DNA of 64,000 nt, taken from NCBI RefSeq assembly GCF_022045235.1, contig NW_027266264.1:38006001-38070000 (forward strand). Reading direction: 5' to 3'. Source of the DNA: Haliotis cracherodii (Eukaryota). The translations under genes and the position numbers were made by a program. Shown piece after piece: positions 11,910-23,932 of this stretch. The notes below the pieces were generated by a model, which was not told where the DNA came from, ran no database searches, and saw only the letters and a list, made by a program, of their open reading frames with translations. Every line of letters starts with the position of its first letter. Positions within the stretch are counted from its first letter, which is position 1.

Positions 11910-12092
11910 GCAGACACGGACACAGGCAGAGATTGGGGGATAATTGGGGTGTGGTGGAAGACTGAGAGCATGGATGAAGACTTGGGTGCAGATAAAGATT
12001 TTGAGAGGATGGATGATTTTTGTTACACTGCCTTGGGTGTTCAGTCTATGTTTACCTAACTACACACTTCTGTACATTTCAACATGATCAGC

Positions 12093-12798
12093 ATCTTTTG
12101 TAGTCATATGTTGCCATAGGTGGACCAGCTGGGTGCATCTTGCTGTAGTCACATGTGGCCATAGGTGGACCAGCTGGGTGCATCTTGCTGTAGTCATATG
12201 TGGCCATGGGTGCATCTTGCTGTAGTCACATGTGGCCATGGGTGCATCTTGCTGTAGTCATATGTGGCCATAGGTGGACCAGCTGGGTACATCTTGCTGT
12301 AGTCATATGTGGCCATGGGTGGACCAGATGGGTGCATCTTGCTGTAGTCATATGTGGCCATGGGTGCATCTTGCTGTAGTCATATGTGGCCATGGGTGCA
12401 TCTTGCTGTAGTCACATGTGGCCATAGGTGGACCAGCTGGGTGCATCTTGCTGTAGTCATATGTGGCCATGGGTGCATTTTGCTGTAGTCATATGTGGCC
12501 ATTGGTGCATCTTGCTGTAGTCATATGTGGTCATAGGTGGACCAGCTGGGTGCATCTTGCTGTAGTCATATGTGGCCATGGGTGGACCAGCTGGTTGCAT
12601 CTTGCTGTAGTCATATGTGGCCATGGGTGGACCAGCTGGGTGCATCTTGCTGTAGTCATATGTGGCCATGGGTGCATCTTGCTGTAGTCACATGTGGCCA
12701 TGGGTGGACCAGCTGGGTGCATCTTGCTGTAGTCATATGTGGCCATGGGTGGACCAGCTGGGTGCGTCTTGCTGTAGTCATATGTGGCCATCTTGCTG
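12093..12798. repeat. Composite 29/42-bp minisatellite in probable DNAAF4 3' UTR
   Basis: gggtgcatcttgctgtagtcatatgtggccat with optional (a/g)ggtggaccagct module. Confidence 0.95.
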
Positions 12799-13702
12799 TG
12801 CTGGGTAGCATTTGGTAGGTTTCACATTCAGACTTGACTCCATCATGACAGTCAGCACCTGTTCTTGTAGATTTCACCACAGATGCAATCATCCATCTTC
12901 TGCATCACTTAAAAGATAAACCTACTGTATTGGTTATGTTCAGCTAGGTTACCTGTGGATTTTACCATGCCAAATTGAATTTGGAACTAAACATGCAATA
13001 GAGAATGGATTTTTCCAAGTAATGTTTTCTTGTTGACCAAATCATCTGCTTGTATGCTATGAAATCAATGATATGGTTCATTTGAAAGATTGGAAATGTT
13101 ATAATGATTAGGAGTTTCTTGTAATAAATAATATATGTGTTGTCAATTCAAACTAAGTAATGTAACATAACTCCTGTTGGAACACTATTTGTAAGGACCT
13201 ACAGTCAACTCTAAGAAGTAAGATGTTTTGAATAGGCAGCTATAGATTCCAATGTCCCCAAGGAGTGGTAAGTGTGAGGAGCGCTGGAAGCTTGCTTGAT
13301 GGAGATGGCTGTACAGTATTAGTTGTAGACGTATCACATGGATCAGTCACTGTGACTTGGCTGAATGTGTGTCACAGGAGGGTGGAGATGGCAATGCAGC
13401 GGACACAGACACTTACTATGCCAACTTGGTCATGTGTTCACTACGGGACTTGGGTGATGTTCTCTCCTCTGTTTCCAAAACCCTGGCATGCTCCAGTAGC
13501 TCGGTTGTTTCTCATACTCACAGTTTATCATTGCCTGGAATACTGCTGACTGTGGCGTTAAACAACACTCACATCACTCTATTTGTAGTTGTACATAAAA
13601 TCTCTCGAAATCACTGAAATAAATGATATCACTTAAAAAAATATTTTTATTTGTATTTGATGTTGTTGATTGCATATGGCAAGTTTTGTAAGCACCAAAC
13701 AA

Positions 13703-14856
13703 AGTTGATCTGTCTGTTGTAGTGTAACCTACGTCCACTTAACACCCAGTTGATCTGTCTGTTCTAGTGTAAGCTATGTCCACTTACCACCAGTTGATCT
13801 GTCTGTTCTAGTGTAAGCTATGTCCACTTACCAACCAGTTGATCTGTCTGTTCTAGTGTAAGCTATGTCCACTTACCACCCAGTTGATCTGTCTGTTGTA
13901 GTGTAACCTATGTCCACTTACCACCCAGTTGATCTGTCTGTTGTAGTGTAACCTATGTCCACTTACCACCCAGTTGATCTGTCTGTTCTAGTGTAAGCTA
14001 TGTCCACTTACCACCCAGTTGATCTGTCTGTTGTAGTGTAACCTATGTCCACTTACCACCCAGTTGATCTGTCTGTTGTAGTGTAACGTATGTCCATTTA
14101 CCACCCAGTTGATCTGTCTGTTGTAGTGTAACCTATGTCCACTTACCCAGTTGATCAGTCTGTTGTAGTGTAACCTATGTCCACTTACCCAGTTGTTCTG
14201 TCCGTTGTAGTGTAAGCTACGTCCACTTACCCAGTTGATCTGTCTGTTGTAGTGTAACCTATGTCCACTTACCACCCAGCTGATCTGTCTGTTGTAGTGT
14301 AACCTATGTCCACTTACCCAGTTGATCTGTCTGCTGTAGTGTAAGCTACATCCATTTACCCAGTTCATCTGTCGTAATGTAAGCTACGTCCACTTACCCT
14401 GTTGATCTGTCTGTTGTAGTGTAAGCTGCGTCCACTTACTACCCAGTTGATCTGTCTGTTGTAGTGTAAGCTACGTCCACTTACCACCCAGTTGATCTGT
14501 CTGTTGTAGTGTAACCTATGTCCACTTACCACCCAGCTGATCTGTCTGTTGTAGTGTAACCTATGTCCACTTACCACCCAGTTGATCTGTCTGTTGTAGT
14601 GTAACCTATGTCCACTTACCAAGTTGATCTGTCTGCTGTAGTGTAAGCTACAGCCACTTACCCAGTTCATCTGTCGTAATGTAAGCTACGTCCACTTACC
14701 CTGTTGATCTGTCTGTTGTAGTGTAAGCTGCGTCCACTTACCACCCAGTTGATCTGTCTGTTGTAGTGTAAGCTGCGTCCACTTACACAGTTGATCTGTC
14801 TGTTGTAGTGTAACCTATGTCCACTTACCCAGTTGATCAGTCTATTCTAGTGTAAG
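13703..14856. repeat. Minisatellite, ~39-42 bp unit
   Basis: cccagttgatctgtctgttgtagtgtaacctatgtccacttacca repeated. Confidence 0.95.
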
Positions 14857-15029
14857 TGTTCAACCTGTATGTAACGTAATCTGTTCCTAATTACCCAGTG
14901 TACCAAGCTCTTGTTTTGTCTGCTTTGCCAGTTGGACAAGCTTAACCTTGTGTTATATAGCATGTGGTCCTGTGTACATAGGACACGTCACAAATCACAA
15001 GTTCAGCAATGTTGATCCTGTGCAGTTTA

Positions 15030-15320
15030 ATGGGTGACCGTGTTCGACTTCTTGATACCTGAGAGTTTGTTTGGCTTCGGTCCGTCCCATACTGATGCTG
15101 ACATTGCACATTTAGCGAAGACTTGGTTCAAACTTGCCTCTGTTCACCCAGTACTGATGGATACCTGGTAGGTGGGAGGTTAATCTCCAAGCGCTGCACA
15201 GACGGCTTTGATTGTATACTCATCAGGAAGCTGAGAATGAAAATCAAGGGAAGAGTAATAATCTTGTAGTGCTTTGCGCATGTTCCTGTAAGGTGTTGCC
15301 ACATAGTCCTTCCTATTTAG
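15030..15320 (+). mobile_element. Degenerate SINE (same family as 31225-31530)
   Basis: gcctctgttcacccagtactgatggatacctggtagg core and tgtatactc..cagggagctgagaat-like segment shared with the minus-strand copy. Confidence 0.55.
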
Positions 15321-16470
15321 TTATGACGGCAATAACAGCAACTTTCAGGTTTGAGAAGTAAGGGAGTGAATGTAAAGACACGTGGGTAACATTTCAGTCA
15401 TATTGTGACCAGACAACCAGGAAAGGTAAGGCATTATGTTTTATTGGTTGTGAGTAAGGTAACATGCTATCAGCTAAAAAGGTATGGTAATTATTTATTT
15501 GCTAAAGACCGCCTGGATATGGAAGATAGAGTCAGTTTGAGGCTGGTGGTGATGGATATTAAGGTATGTATACATTGGTATAGAAACTAGCGGAGTGCGT
15601 GGCTTCAGAAGCGTAAGTTGTCCTCAACTGTCAGTGGAGATATTGTGAAATTTCCACTACAGCAGAAACCATGATAGTTGCACTAGAGCTGGTCGCGGGT
15701 TTCAAAAAGACTGACAATAACAAATTGTTCTAGACTCTTTATAGGAGTAACTCTAGTGAATCGAACCGCTTTCATCGATGATTCATCGGTGATTGATTTT
15801 CTTATTTGTTACTTTTCGTGGTGCCGACATCATATGTACTGTATTGGCTTGTAGTGAGGTGGGCTGTTTCAGGAAATTGGAAATCTGAACCAACAACGGT
15901 GTATCCCGTGTCAGTCGCCATACCGGCTCACTCGTACTATACGACATGCATAATTAATGTCGGAAGAAGTCAGTTAACAAAAAAGAATTCCTCATCTGAT
16001 AATACGCATCGACACCCACTGAAGAAACTGTTCATTTTTGTGAACCATTAGAAATGTTTTTTTTAGAAGACCAAACTTGGTGTGTTTCCGCTCACCTCGC
16101 TGTGAAAGGCCATACACACCTACCTACCATCCCGCCTCCCACTACATCCGGGTCTTTGACACGCACAACCAATATCTCACAGCGTGTTAGGCGGAGTGTG
16201 GAATTAACGATTTACTAACGATTGCCACCACGCACTTCACACATATCACCAGTACTAAAGAGCCAAGAACAGGAGAGGAATGGAATGTTAGTTCTTCTTG
16301 TGAGCAATTATCGATCATGAACAGAGAAGCGCACTCCATTTTTAAGAATTGTCCTAGCTAAGGGTCCGTCAGATGGCAAAAGCAAGGGAGTATCCCTTGT
16401 GACAGCTGGTATTGACTACATCAAATTTCGCTTACAGCTACTTACAGCTACTAGAAGAAACTAAGTTTTG

Positions 16471-16471
<1 letters not shown>

Positions 16472-16534
<63 letters not shown>
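16472..16534. repeat. (CA)n microsatellite
   Basis: Direct reading. Confidence 0.98.
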
Positions 16535-16535
<1 letters not shown>

Positions 16536-17269
16536 CCCACCCCCGACTCACACAGTTTAAATTATATAAAATATGGACTGGTAACGATGTTACTGTACAA
16601 TGTAATTTTTAACTAGAGTCCCTTACACCATGTAAATGTGTGATTTAACTTTAATTTTAACAAACGTCGGAGATTCAGCATCTCTTGGAGTTTTGTCTTA
16701 TAAAAGTATATATCGGTACTTCCCGCGATTTTCCTCTGGTATTCAGATTTAGAGGTAGACGTTTGTGAAACCTTCCAGAGAGGAAATAGCTTATCATACT
16801 GATTCGTAAATACGTTCTTTAGCGGAGGTACGTTTTAATAAAGACATTCTGGTAAAACTCCCCATCAGTGAGGGTGCAGACTTCATTCCATTATCGAGGT
16901 AGTGGAACGTAGCATATGGAAATCTGAAACTTCCGATACCGTTATGTCGCCACATGAGACATGGCTTCAATGGCTATCACCAACTTTAGGGAAGGTCTTC
17001 TGGTGAAATTGAAACATCATTTCTATGTAATCAGTTTGATGAGAGTGGAGTTAGCAGACAGGCGAAATATTGTTTGTATAATCGCACTCAAACTTGCTAG
17101 AACAGCCAGTAAACCCAGTCATAGTCTCCCGTTACCACCTGTGTACGCACTCATACCTGTTCATACCTGATCCAAAGTCAACCGGTGTCAGTATTAAGGG
17201 GAACCCCTTATCGATATATTTATCGGTAGATTCTTTCAGTGGCATTTAGAAGTAGGTATGATGAACAAT

Positions 17270-17401
17270 GGAGGTAGTTCTACGGATAACCATATTTTTT
17301 TATATTACAAATTCGACGTTTCAGTGTAGCGTTATCACTTGTCTAGTATCTACACCGACACGTTGTTATCATTGCAGTAAAATATCCATAGAACTATCTC
17401 C
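17270..17401. mobile_element. Small palindromic (MITE-like) element with inverted, degenerate hammerhead-like halves
   Basis: ggaggtagttctacggata vs tatccatagaactatctcc inverted ends; inner cgacgtttcagtgtag / ctacaccgacacgttg. Confidence 0.55.
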
Positions 17402-17841
17402 CTTGCTTGCCTATAAGTGACTGAGCGTTGCAGAACGTCAACCGGTGTCAGTGTTTAGGGGAACCCTTTATTGATGTGCTTGCCTATAGGTGACGGAGTG
17501 CTGCAAACCGTCAACCGGTGTCGGTGTTTAGGGGAACCCTTTATTGATGTACTTTATTGATGTACTTTAGTGATACGTGGCAAGATAACACCAACAGAAA
17601 TAGGTTTAAAACCTCTATTCCTACATGTACATTTTATCTAAACGAAGAAAATGCCTTCTTTAACAAAAAGATAAAATATTGCGATGGCTGAAAAATTAAT
17701 GAGTTGTGAGTTTGAGGGTCGTGGAAAACTCTTTGTTTCCTCTCAACTGGTGAGGTTTAAAACCTGTACCTGATAACAGTGGACAGAGCGACACCCTTGA
17801 ACGAGGTGTGATGTAACAACTCAATTTACAATGTCACTATC

Positions 17842-19914
17842 GGTCATGTCCCATTTGTCAAACTCCCAATAGTTATACAGCAAATGAGGGATCAGTTAAA
17901 ACAACAATAGGCATATACCCTTTGGTCAAAATGGATTAGTCCACTAATTAGAAAGCCTGGGATTAGTTTTTTCTCTAACATAATTATCTATACTGAGTAT
18001 GACACAGTCTTTGGTAATGAAAACATAAACGAATGTTATTAAAGTAATATACATTGAAGTTATTTGAACATAATACATGACATTCTTTGATAATCAAAAC
18101 ATTCAAATTAAAGTTATTTAAATAAATACCTATGATGTTTAAGGAACAAGTACAGGATTCATCTCAAACTATTTACTGTTCATTACTGAGTTAAATTGAG
18201 TTTACTCAATTTAGTGAAAAAACACAAACTAGTACATAAAAGTGTCTATGTTTTAGACTCTAGCATATCACTCTTGTTATCATGGCAGGATTGATTGACG
18301 TGGAATATGTTACTTCTAAGCGAGGTACACTGCAGGTACTGTTTCAAGGTCACCTTCACAACAAGAACTCTACAAAGGAACACTGTATCCACTGGAAGTG
18401 TGTCGTGAAAATTTGCTGTGGTAGAGTTACAACAGTTGGAAACTATGGCAGGTACACCACTCCTCATAACCACCGTCCACAAGAACCTGACACAGTTAGA
18501 TTTGTCAGTAACACGAGGAAGAGGGCCAGAGAAGAGATCACCCCGATGCCAACCCTGTACCAGGAAGCAGTTGCCCAACAAGATCCTGAAGTAGTACCTC
18601 ATCTACCATCCTACGCAAGTCTCGGCAATGCCCTTTACCGGCATGGACGACACACTGTACCAGCACTCCCACTGGCAAGAGGTGATGTGGAACTTGAGGG
18701 AAAGTGGACTGAGACAGCTGACGGCCAACCATACCTGTTGTTTGCTGACGGTGATGGCAAAGAAAAGATGTTAGTCTTTTCCTCTTTGGATCAGCTGACT
18801 GTTTCTACATGGATGGTACATTTTCATCACCAACTCTTCATTATCCATGCCAGAAGAGGTTCGAAGACCTACCCCTTGGTGTTTGCTCTTCTTCCCGATC
18901 GCCAGACAACAACCTACTGCCGGCTTTTCCACCGACAGAAGGCAGAAGTACAGCAGAAACTCAACAGAATCCTCGCTCCTGTCACCGTTCAGACCGACTT
19001 TGAGCAAGCCGCCATCCGAGCTATCGAGACTGAGTTTCCTGCAGCCAGAGTGAGAGGATGTTACTTTCACTTCACCCAAGCCATCTGGAGAAAAGTACAA
19101 GACTTGGGGTTAGCTGTCCCATACCAAGAAGATCCTGAGGTCAGACGCTGGGTCAGAAGAGCATAATTCCTGGCTCTGTTACCGGAAGCTGACGTCAAAG
19201 ATGCCCGGATCGACGCCATGGACGATACGCCAGAACTAGACAACGCTCAGAGATTGAATGATTATATTGTAACAACTTGGAATCACCACCGAAACATTGG
19301 ACCTCGCACGAACAATAATCTGGAAGGCTTCCATTACCGACTGAACAAGTCTCTGCCACATCATCATCCAACATCTATCGTTTTGTTGAACTGATCAAGC
19401 AGATTGAGATATCTGAATCTGCCAAGATGCGTCAAATTGACTTTGGTGCTGCTCCCCAAGGCAGAAAACGAGTGTATCGCGAGAAGGAAAATCGACTCAT
19501 CACATTGTGGGACCAACTCCATGTAGGTCAGAAAAACTGATCAGTTTCTGGATGCTGCTGGTTATCTGTATCCAACTGACCACTAAATGTGAAACTGCAA
19601 ACTCAAAATGTTAATATGTGATCCTGCGTTAATGATCATTTAACTTACAGTTATTACTTAATGTGATTATTTATGTATATATGTCATATACGATTATAGG
19701 TCATTGATGATGATATGTGCTATGATGAATATATATGCTATGCTGAGGAGTATTAAAAGATTATTAAAAGTATTGAAAATTGTAATTTTGTGTTTCTTGG
19801 ATCATTCCACTTTAATTGTGGGTATTACAAAGGTAGCTGTTGGTGCAGTCTACTATACCATATGTTGTTTTAAACCGTATGACTAATGGGCCGTATGACT
19901 AATGGGAGGACACC
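17842..19914 (+). mobile_element. Mutator-like (MULE) DNA transposon, defective
   Basis: 8-bp TSD tcactatc (17834-17841, 19915-19922); degenerate TIRs beginning GGT with cccatt.gtca and ttaaaacaac motifs; internal transposase remnant. Confidence 0.88.
18282..19580 (+). pseudogene. FLYWCH + MULE-domain transposase pseudogene
   Basis: SKRG..F.G..H....HWKC....C.G....PHNH (FLYWCH); MDGTF in shifted frame; YPLVFALLP, TDFEQAAIRAI, GCYFHFTQAIWRKVQ; stop at 19164; continues PRTNNNLEGFH, NIYRFVELIK with frameshift. Confidence 0.9.
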
Positions 19915-21470
19915 TCACTATCAGGTGTGACCACCATGTGCGTTCATACAGGCGAGACAGCGGCTGCGCATTGAAGACACCAAGGCAAAGAAGGATGATA
20001 GCCACGTTAGTAGACTTCATGTAGCTTTATAGTCTTGGTCGACTTCAACTGTTTCCCTTTCTTTGTACCCGAGAAGGTATAGCGTATAGTATGTAAAATG
20101 CAATGCAAAAGATTACTTATGGGTACATCACCTGCATGGGTACAATGTTATATCAATGTGAGGTTAGAGTAAGTAGCTTTGTATCCTGCTATTTTCGCAA
20201 AATCGAAACAAAGACCTTTTAATCAATTTCTCGTTTCTGAAAAAAATAACCGCCTAAAAATAACAAACTCTATGTAGCTCGCATCGAGATAGGAGAGCCA
20301 GTTGAACAGTTTTGAGCTCCAAGGAACTTACGTGCAACTTCTTCTCAGAAGCCACCTGTTGCCATTTGCCAACTTGTCGCATCCCACCCAAGACGTGACA
20401 CATTCTATTGTTAGGTCAGGTCTGGGTGGACTGCCACAGTGGGCCTGCTGTTAAAGTCGGACAGTTTGCTCACCCACCACTTCACTTCCAAACAGGCCCG
20501 AGGCGGGCAGTCGTCGTCTCGTAACTGTGGTGACGCAGTAGACCCCTACTCTTTGATTAAACTTAATGTTTGATTCAGGAGCATTAATAGCTGGCAACCG
20601 TTACTAAGTATTACATTTCCTATCAGTGTGATTACATTCGAAAGGAAGCTGATAAATATCAAGTAACACACTACACCGCATTGTTAAAACGCCTTTGAAG
20701 TAGCAGCAGTTATTGATGCACCGATCCCTTACATAATTATCCTCGAGGAAAGGTGTTCTGTGACCATCCTTAATGATGATTTATTATTTTGAACATGGTA
20801 TGGTTTACGCACAAATCAATCGCAGACAGCATATTGACACCAAGTGGTGCTGATGGAGATGTATAACGGATGTTATATTGTCTGTCTGAGAGATATGACA
20901 AGACATGATATGACACCCGGGAACATTCAAATACAGCAATCTACTCATGTTCCACTAGCTCCCCCAGTCTGTATGGAAACCATTCATTCTATATGTACCA
21001 CATGAAAGTAGAACACATTTATTTAAAGAATATAGAATGCGTAATGTACTGATTTGTGTAAGTCTGTATATATTTTGTCGTATTGACCTTGAACTTGAAA
21101 TGCTAATGCATACTATAAACACAGTGCAACGTTAAACGAGGCAGCAACAATGGTAAGCTTATTACAAGAACAACATCTCGTCTTTTGACCACACATCCCA
21201 CTAGACGCCATGTTTGCACCACCAATAAATCACGTATTAGAGTTGGATGTCATTCACGTTATTTTCTGTCGCCAGTATGAGTAACTATGACTTGATTTAA
21301 GCATGCATTGCTGGATGTATATTTAGGCGGCTATAGATAGATCAGTCGTGATCTATTGATTCATGATTTGATTGACATAATGTGGAGAAGATTCAGTTAT
21401 CCGATCGCTCCTTTGTCGACCCCCACACCCCCTCAAGCGTGTGCTCACAAAAATAGCCAACATGCGTCAC

Positions 21471-22261
21471 CCTAGCATGGAGCACTGTAAGGGACATTCT
21501 CACGTTCTCGAGATCTCTACCTCTCGAAACAAGCTAAAAAATGCCAAAAGTGCGAGAATGCGAGATTTTTACTACAAAGCACTTTTTTCAAAAGTCAAGA
21601 ACGCGAGAATACCCCACTTGGGCACATGGTGTAAATGTTATGAATCAGCTTGAAAATGTTATGTGATTTACGCAACAAATATAACCCGTTTCCGTTATTC
21701 GTTTCTATGAAATGTAAAGGAATCAACTCTGGTTCTTACAGTTCTAATATACTTTTAATTAAAGACAGACTCAATATAAAAAAAACACAATCATGTATAT
21801 GATTTTGCGAGGCAACAAAAATATGTCTCACGATAATGAAAACATTACGGTGCCTGAAATCTTGAAAAACAATCACCGTTAGTTACAGAAACGAAAGGTG
21901 TGTGTGTGAACAGGTAGGTCAGCAAAATGTGACTGTCCTTTCGCCGTTTAGAACGCTATGTCAGCTAGCACAACCTGTCACCTTGGTTTGGCCGATGAGA
22001 GCGATGTGAAGTGATGCAGGTCTTCGGCGTTAAACTCGTTGGTGATTTCGTGTTTTAGTATTTGTGGCCTGATTTGGCAAGTTTACATTGCGAGAATATA
22101 TATCGTGTACAAATGTCGCATTCTCGATTTTTGAGAAAATTTACTATTACCTATCACATTTGACTGCAAGACTTTTGTCAAATCTCGCATTCTTGTACCT
22201 TTTGCATATTTAGCTTGTTTCCAAATGTCGAGATCGCCTTTACAGTATTCCATACCTTAGG
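21471..22261. mobile_element. Non-autonomous TIR element (MITE), ~790 bp
   Basis: Imperfect ~90-100 bp inverted ends (atggagcactgtaag...gaaacaagctaaa...gagaatgcgagattt vs its reverse complement); no coding capacity. Confidence 0.7.
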
Positions 22262-22590
22262 CCTTTCGTTGCTACGTGCGTTGAATTCTGTTACTGCAAT
22301 ACTTCTCCATAACACTATAGTCTAATACTGTGAGGGGAGTCTGACAGTGCAAAGCTATTTTGCGATTAACGCTTTGATGCCGCTCCAGTACCTTGTTTAC
22401 CCTGGACAAATATGCGACGGCCAGTTGAAATGACCGTTCCAGAAAACCAGTGGCCAATTCGGTCATAACCGCAATCATGTGTTCCAAGAAAGTATTTAAC
22501 TTTTAAGATCTGGGTAACTTTTTCTCTTGTTCTCCAACATATTTCTAAAGGCAGGTTCAGATACACAAACTCGATCATTCACTTTCTATT

Positions 22591-22750
22591 TTATTGCTTA
22601 ACACCGCACTGAACAATATCCCAGCTATATGACGTCGGTCTCCAAAAAAGTCTGGACCAGAATGATATCATGCTTGATATGATGAGTGATTGAAATATGA
22701 TGACATGCATCAACCACCCGATCCCGTTAGTCGTCTCTTACGACAAGCAT
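22591..22750 (-). mobile_element. Partial copy of the GACCCGTG-headed SINE-like family
   Basis: Reverse strand atgcttgtcgtaagagacgactaacgggatcgggtgg...tggtccagac...gatattgttcagtgcggtgttaag. Confidence 0.75.
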
Positions 22751-22810
22751 AGCCGGTGTAGCAGGTTCGCCTCAATTCCTTAAAATTCACTTTTGAGTTT
22801 GTACACGGCG

Positions 22811-22817
22811 TCATCAC

Positions 22818-22854
<37 letters not shown>
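22811..22854. repeat. (ATC)n microsatellite
   Basis: Direct reading. Confidence 0.95.
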
Positions 22855-22855
<1 letters not shown>

Positions 22856-23691
22856 GAAAATGATGTGCTCCACTTCACAATCAAAAAGATAACAAAAAAG
22901 ACTTTTCCAATGGAACAATGTAATGTCTAAATGATTTTTTCTGTTTTCATGGCTGCCACAATTTGCATCGCAATTTACATGATTCGTCGGTGTCGCCCAA
23001 TCCAGAGTACATTATTATAACAAGGAACAGAGTTATCATTATATTTGTTATGTTGACATAAATCAAACAGAGATGATTAAAATAGCACCATGAATTGCAA
23101 GTACATTGCAAGTACATAATGAAGCAATGCCTGGAGTAGATGGCAGCAAACCCATGGCCCAAGTTGCACAAATATCCCGTTTTGGGCGTTTGTCGTCGGA
23201 GCGCTAAAAGGAACCAGGCCGTGTGAACAGTCTTTGGTTAATTAGCGACTTCATCGAAATGCGGGTGATAGAGAACGTCTTGTAAACAAACACGTCGAGT
23301 ATTGACAGAAAGTACTCCTTTTTCATTTTGATCCCTAGACAACATCTGTATTTTTTCTATTTTGTAAACGACAGACATCTCCAAATATAACGCGGTTCCA
23401 TAACAAGTAAGCCCGAGTTTGTAATCTTTGAACACGGATTTTCTCAAGCCTAGAAACCCGAGCAAAACATTTGAATCAAGATGTGAGTTAAATATGCGGT
23501 CTCAGCGTGTTAAACATGTCTCCAAGCTATCGTGGATATTTGGGGCTTACGGCCACGAATGAGATAAACAACTCTCCTGGGAACATGTTCACAACTATAA
23601 CTATGACATGTTTAGATGATGCAATATATACGGAATTAGGTACCATCAATTCTGCTAGTTGTACTGCCCGAAATATGCATATTAAGCTGGG

Positions 23692-23932
23692 TTACATAGT
23701 CGCATGATTTCGTCTGCCTCTCATCCTTGGCAGACGTGGTCGGAATTTGTCTCTGATTGCATCACTGTTGGGAATCCCCGCTAGGGAACTGGCAGAATCC
23801 GGTATCGTTTCCAGGTAATCTGCCCACTTGAAATGTTGCGCATCCCGGAAGCAGTATTGGACTTTGAGATTCTCCTTCCGATATGTGTAATAGAGGATGT
23901 AGAAATTACACATCTCGTCAGTATTGGTTGCG
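23692..23932 (-). CDS. PHM: PHM terminal exon 12 (ATNTDEMCNFYILYY...RRNHATM*)
   Basis: cctccag| acceptor; DEMC motif; TAA at 23694-23692. Confidence 0.94.

Noticed and set aside
12457-14670. Repetitive ORFs (MATYDYSK..., HYNRQINW...)
   Set aside because: Minisatellite translations with no splice or domain support
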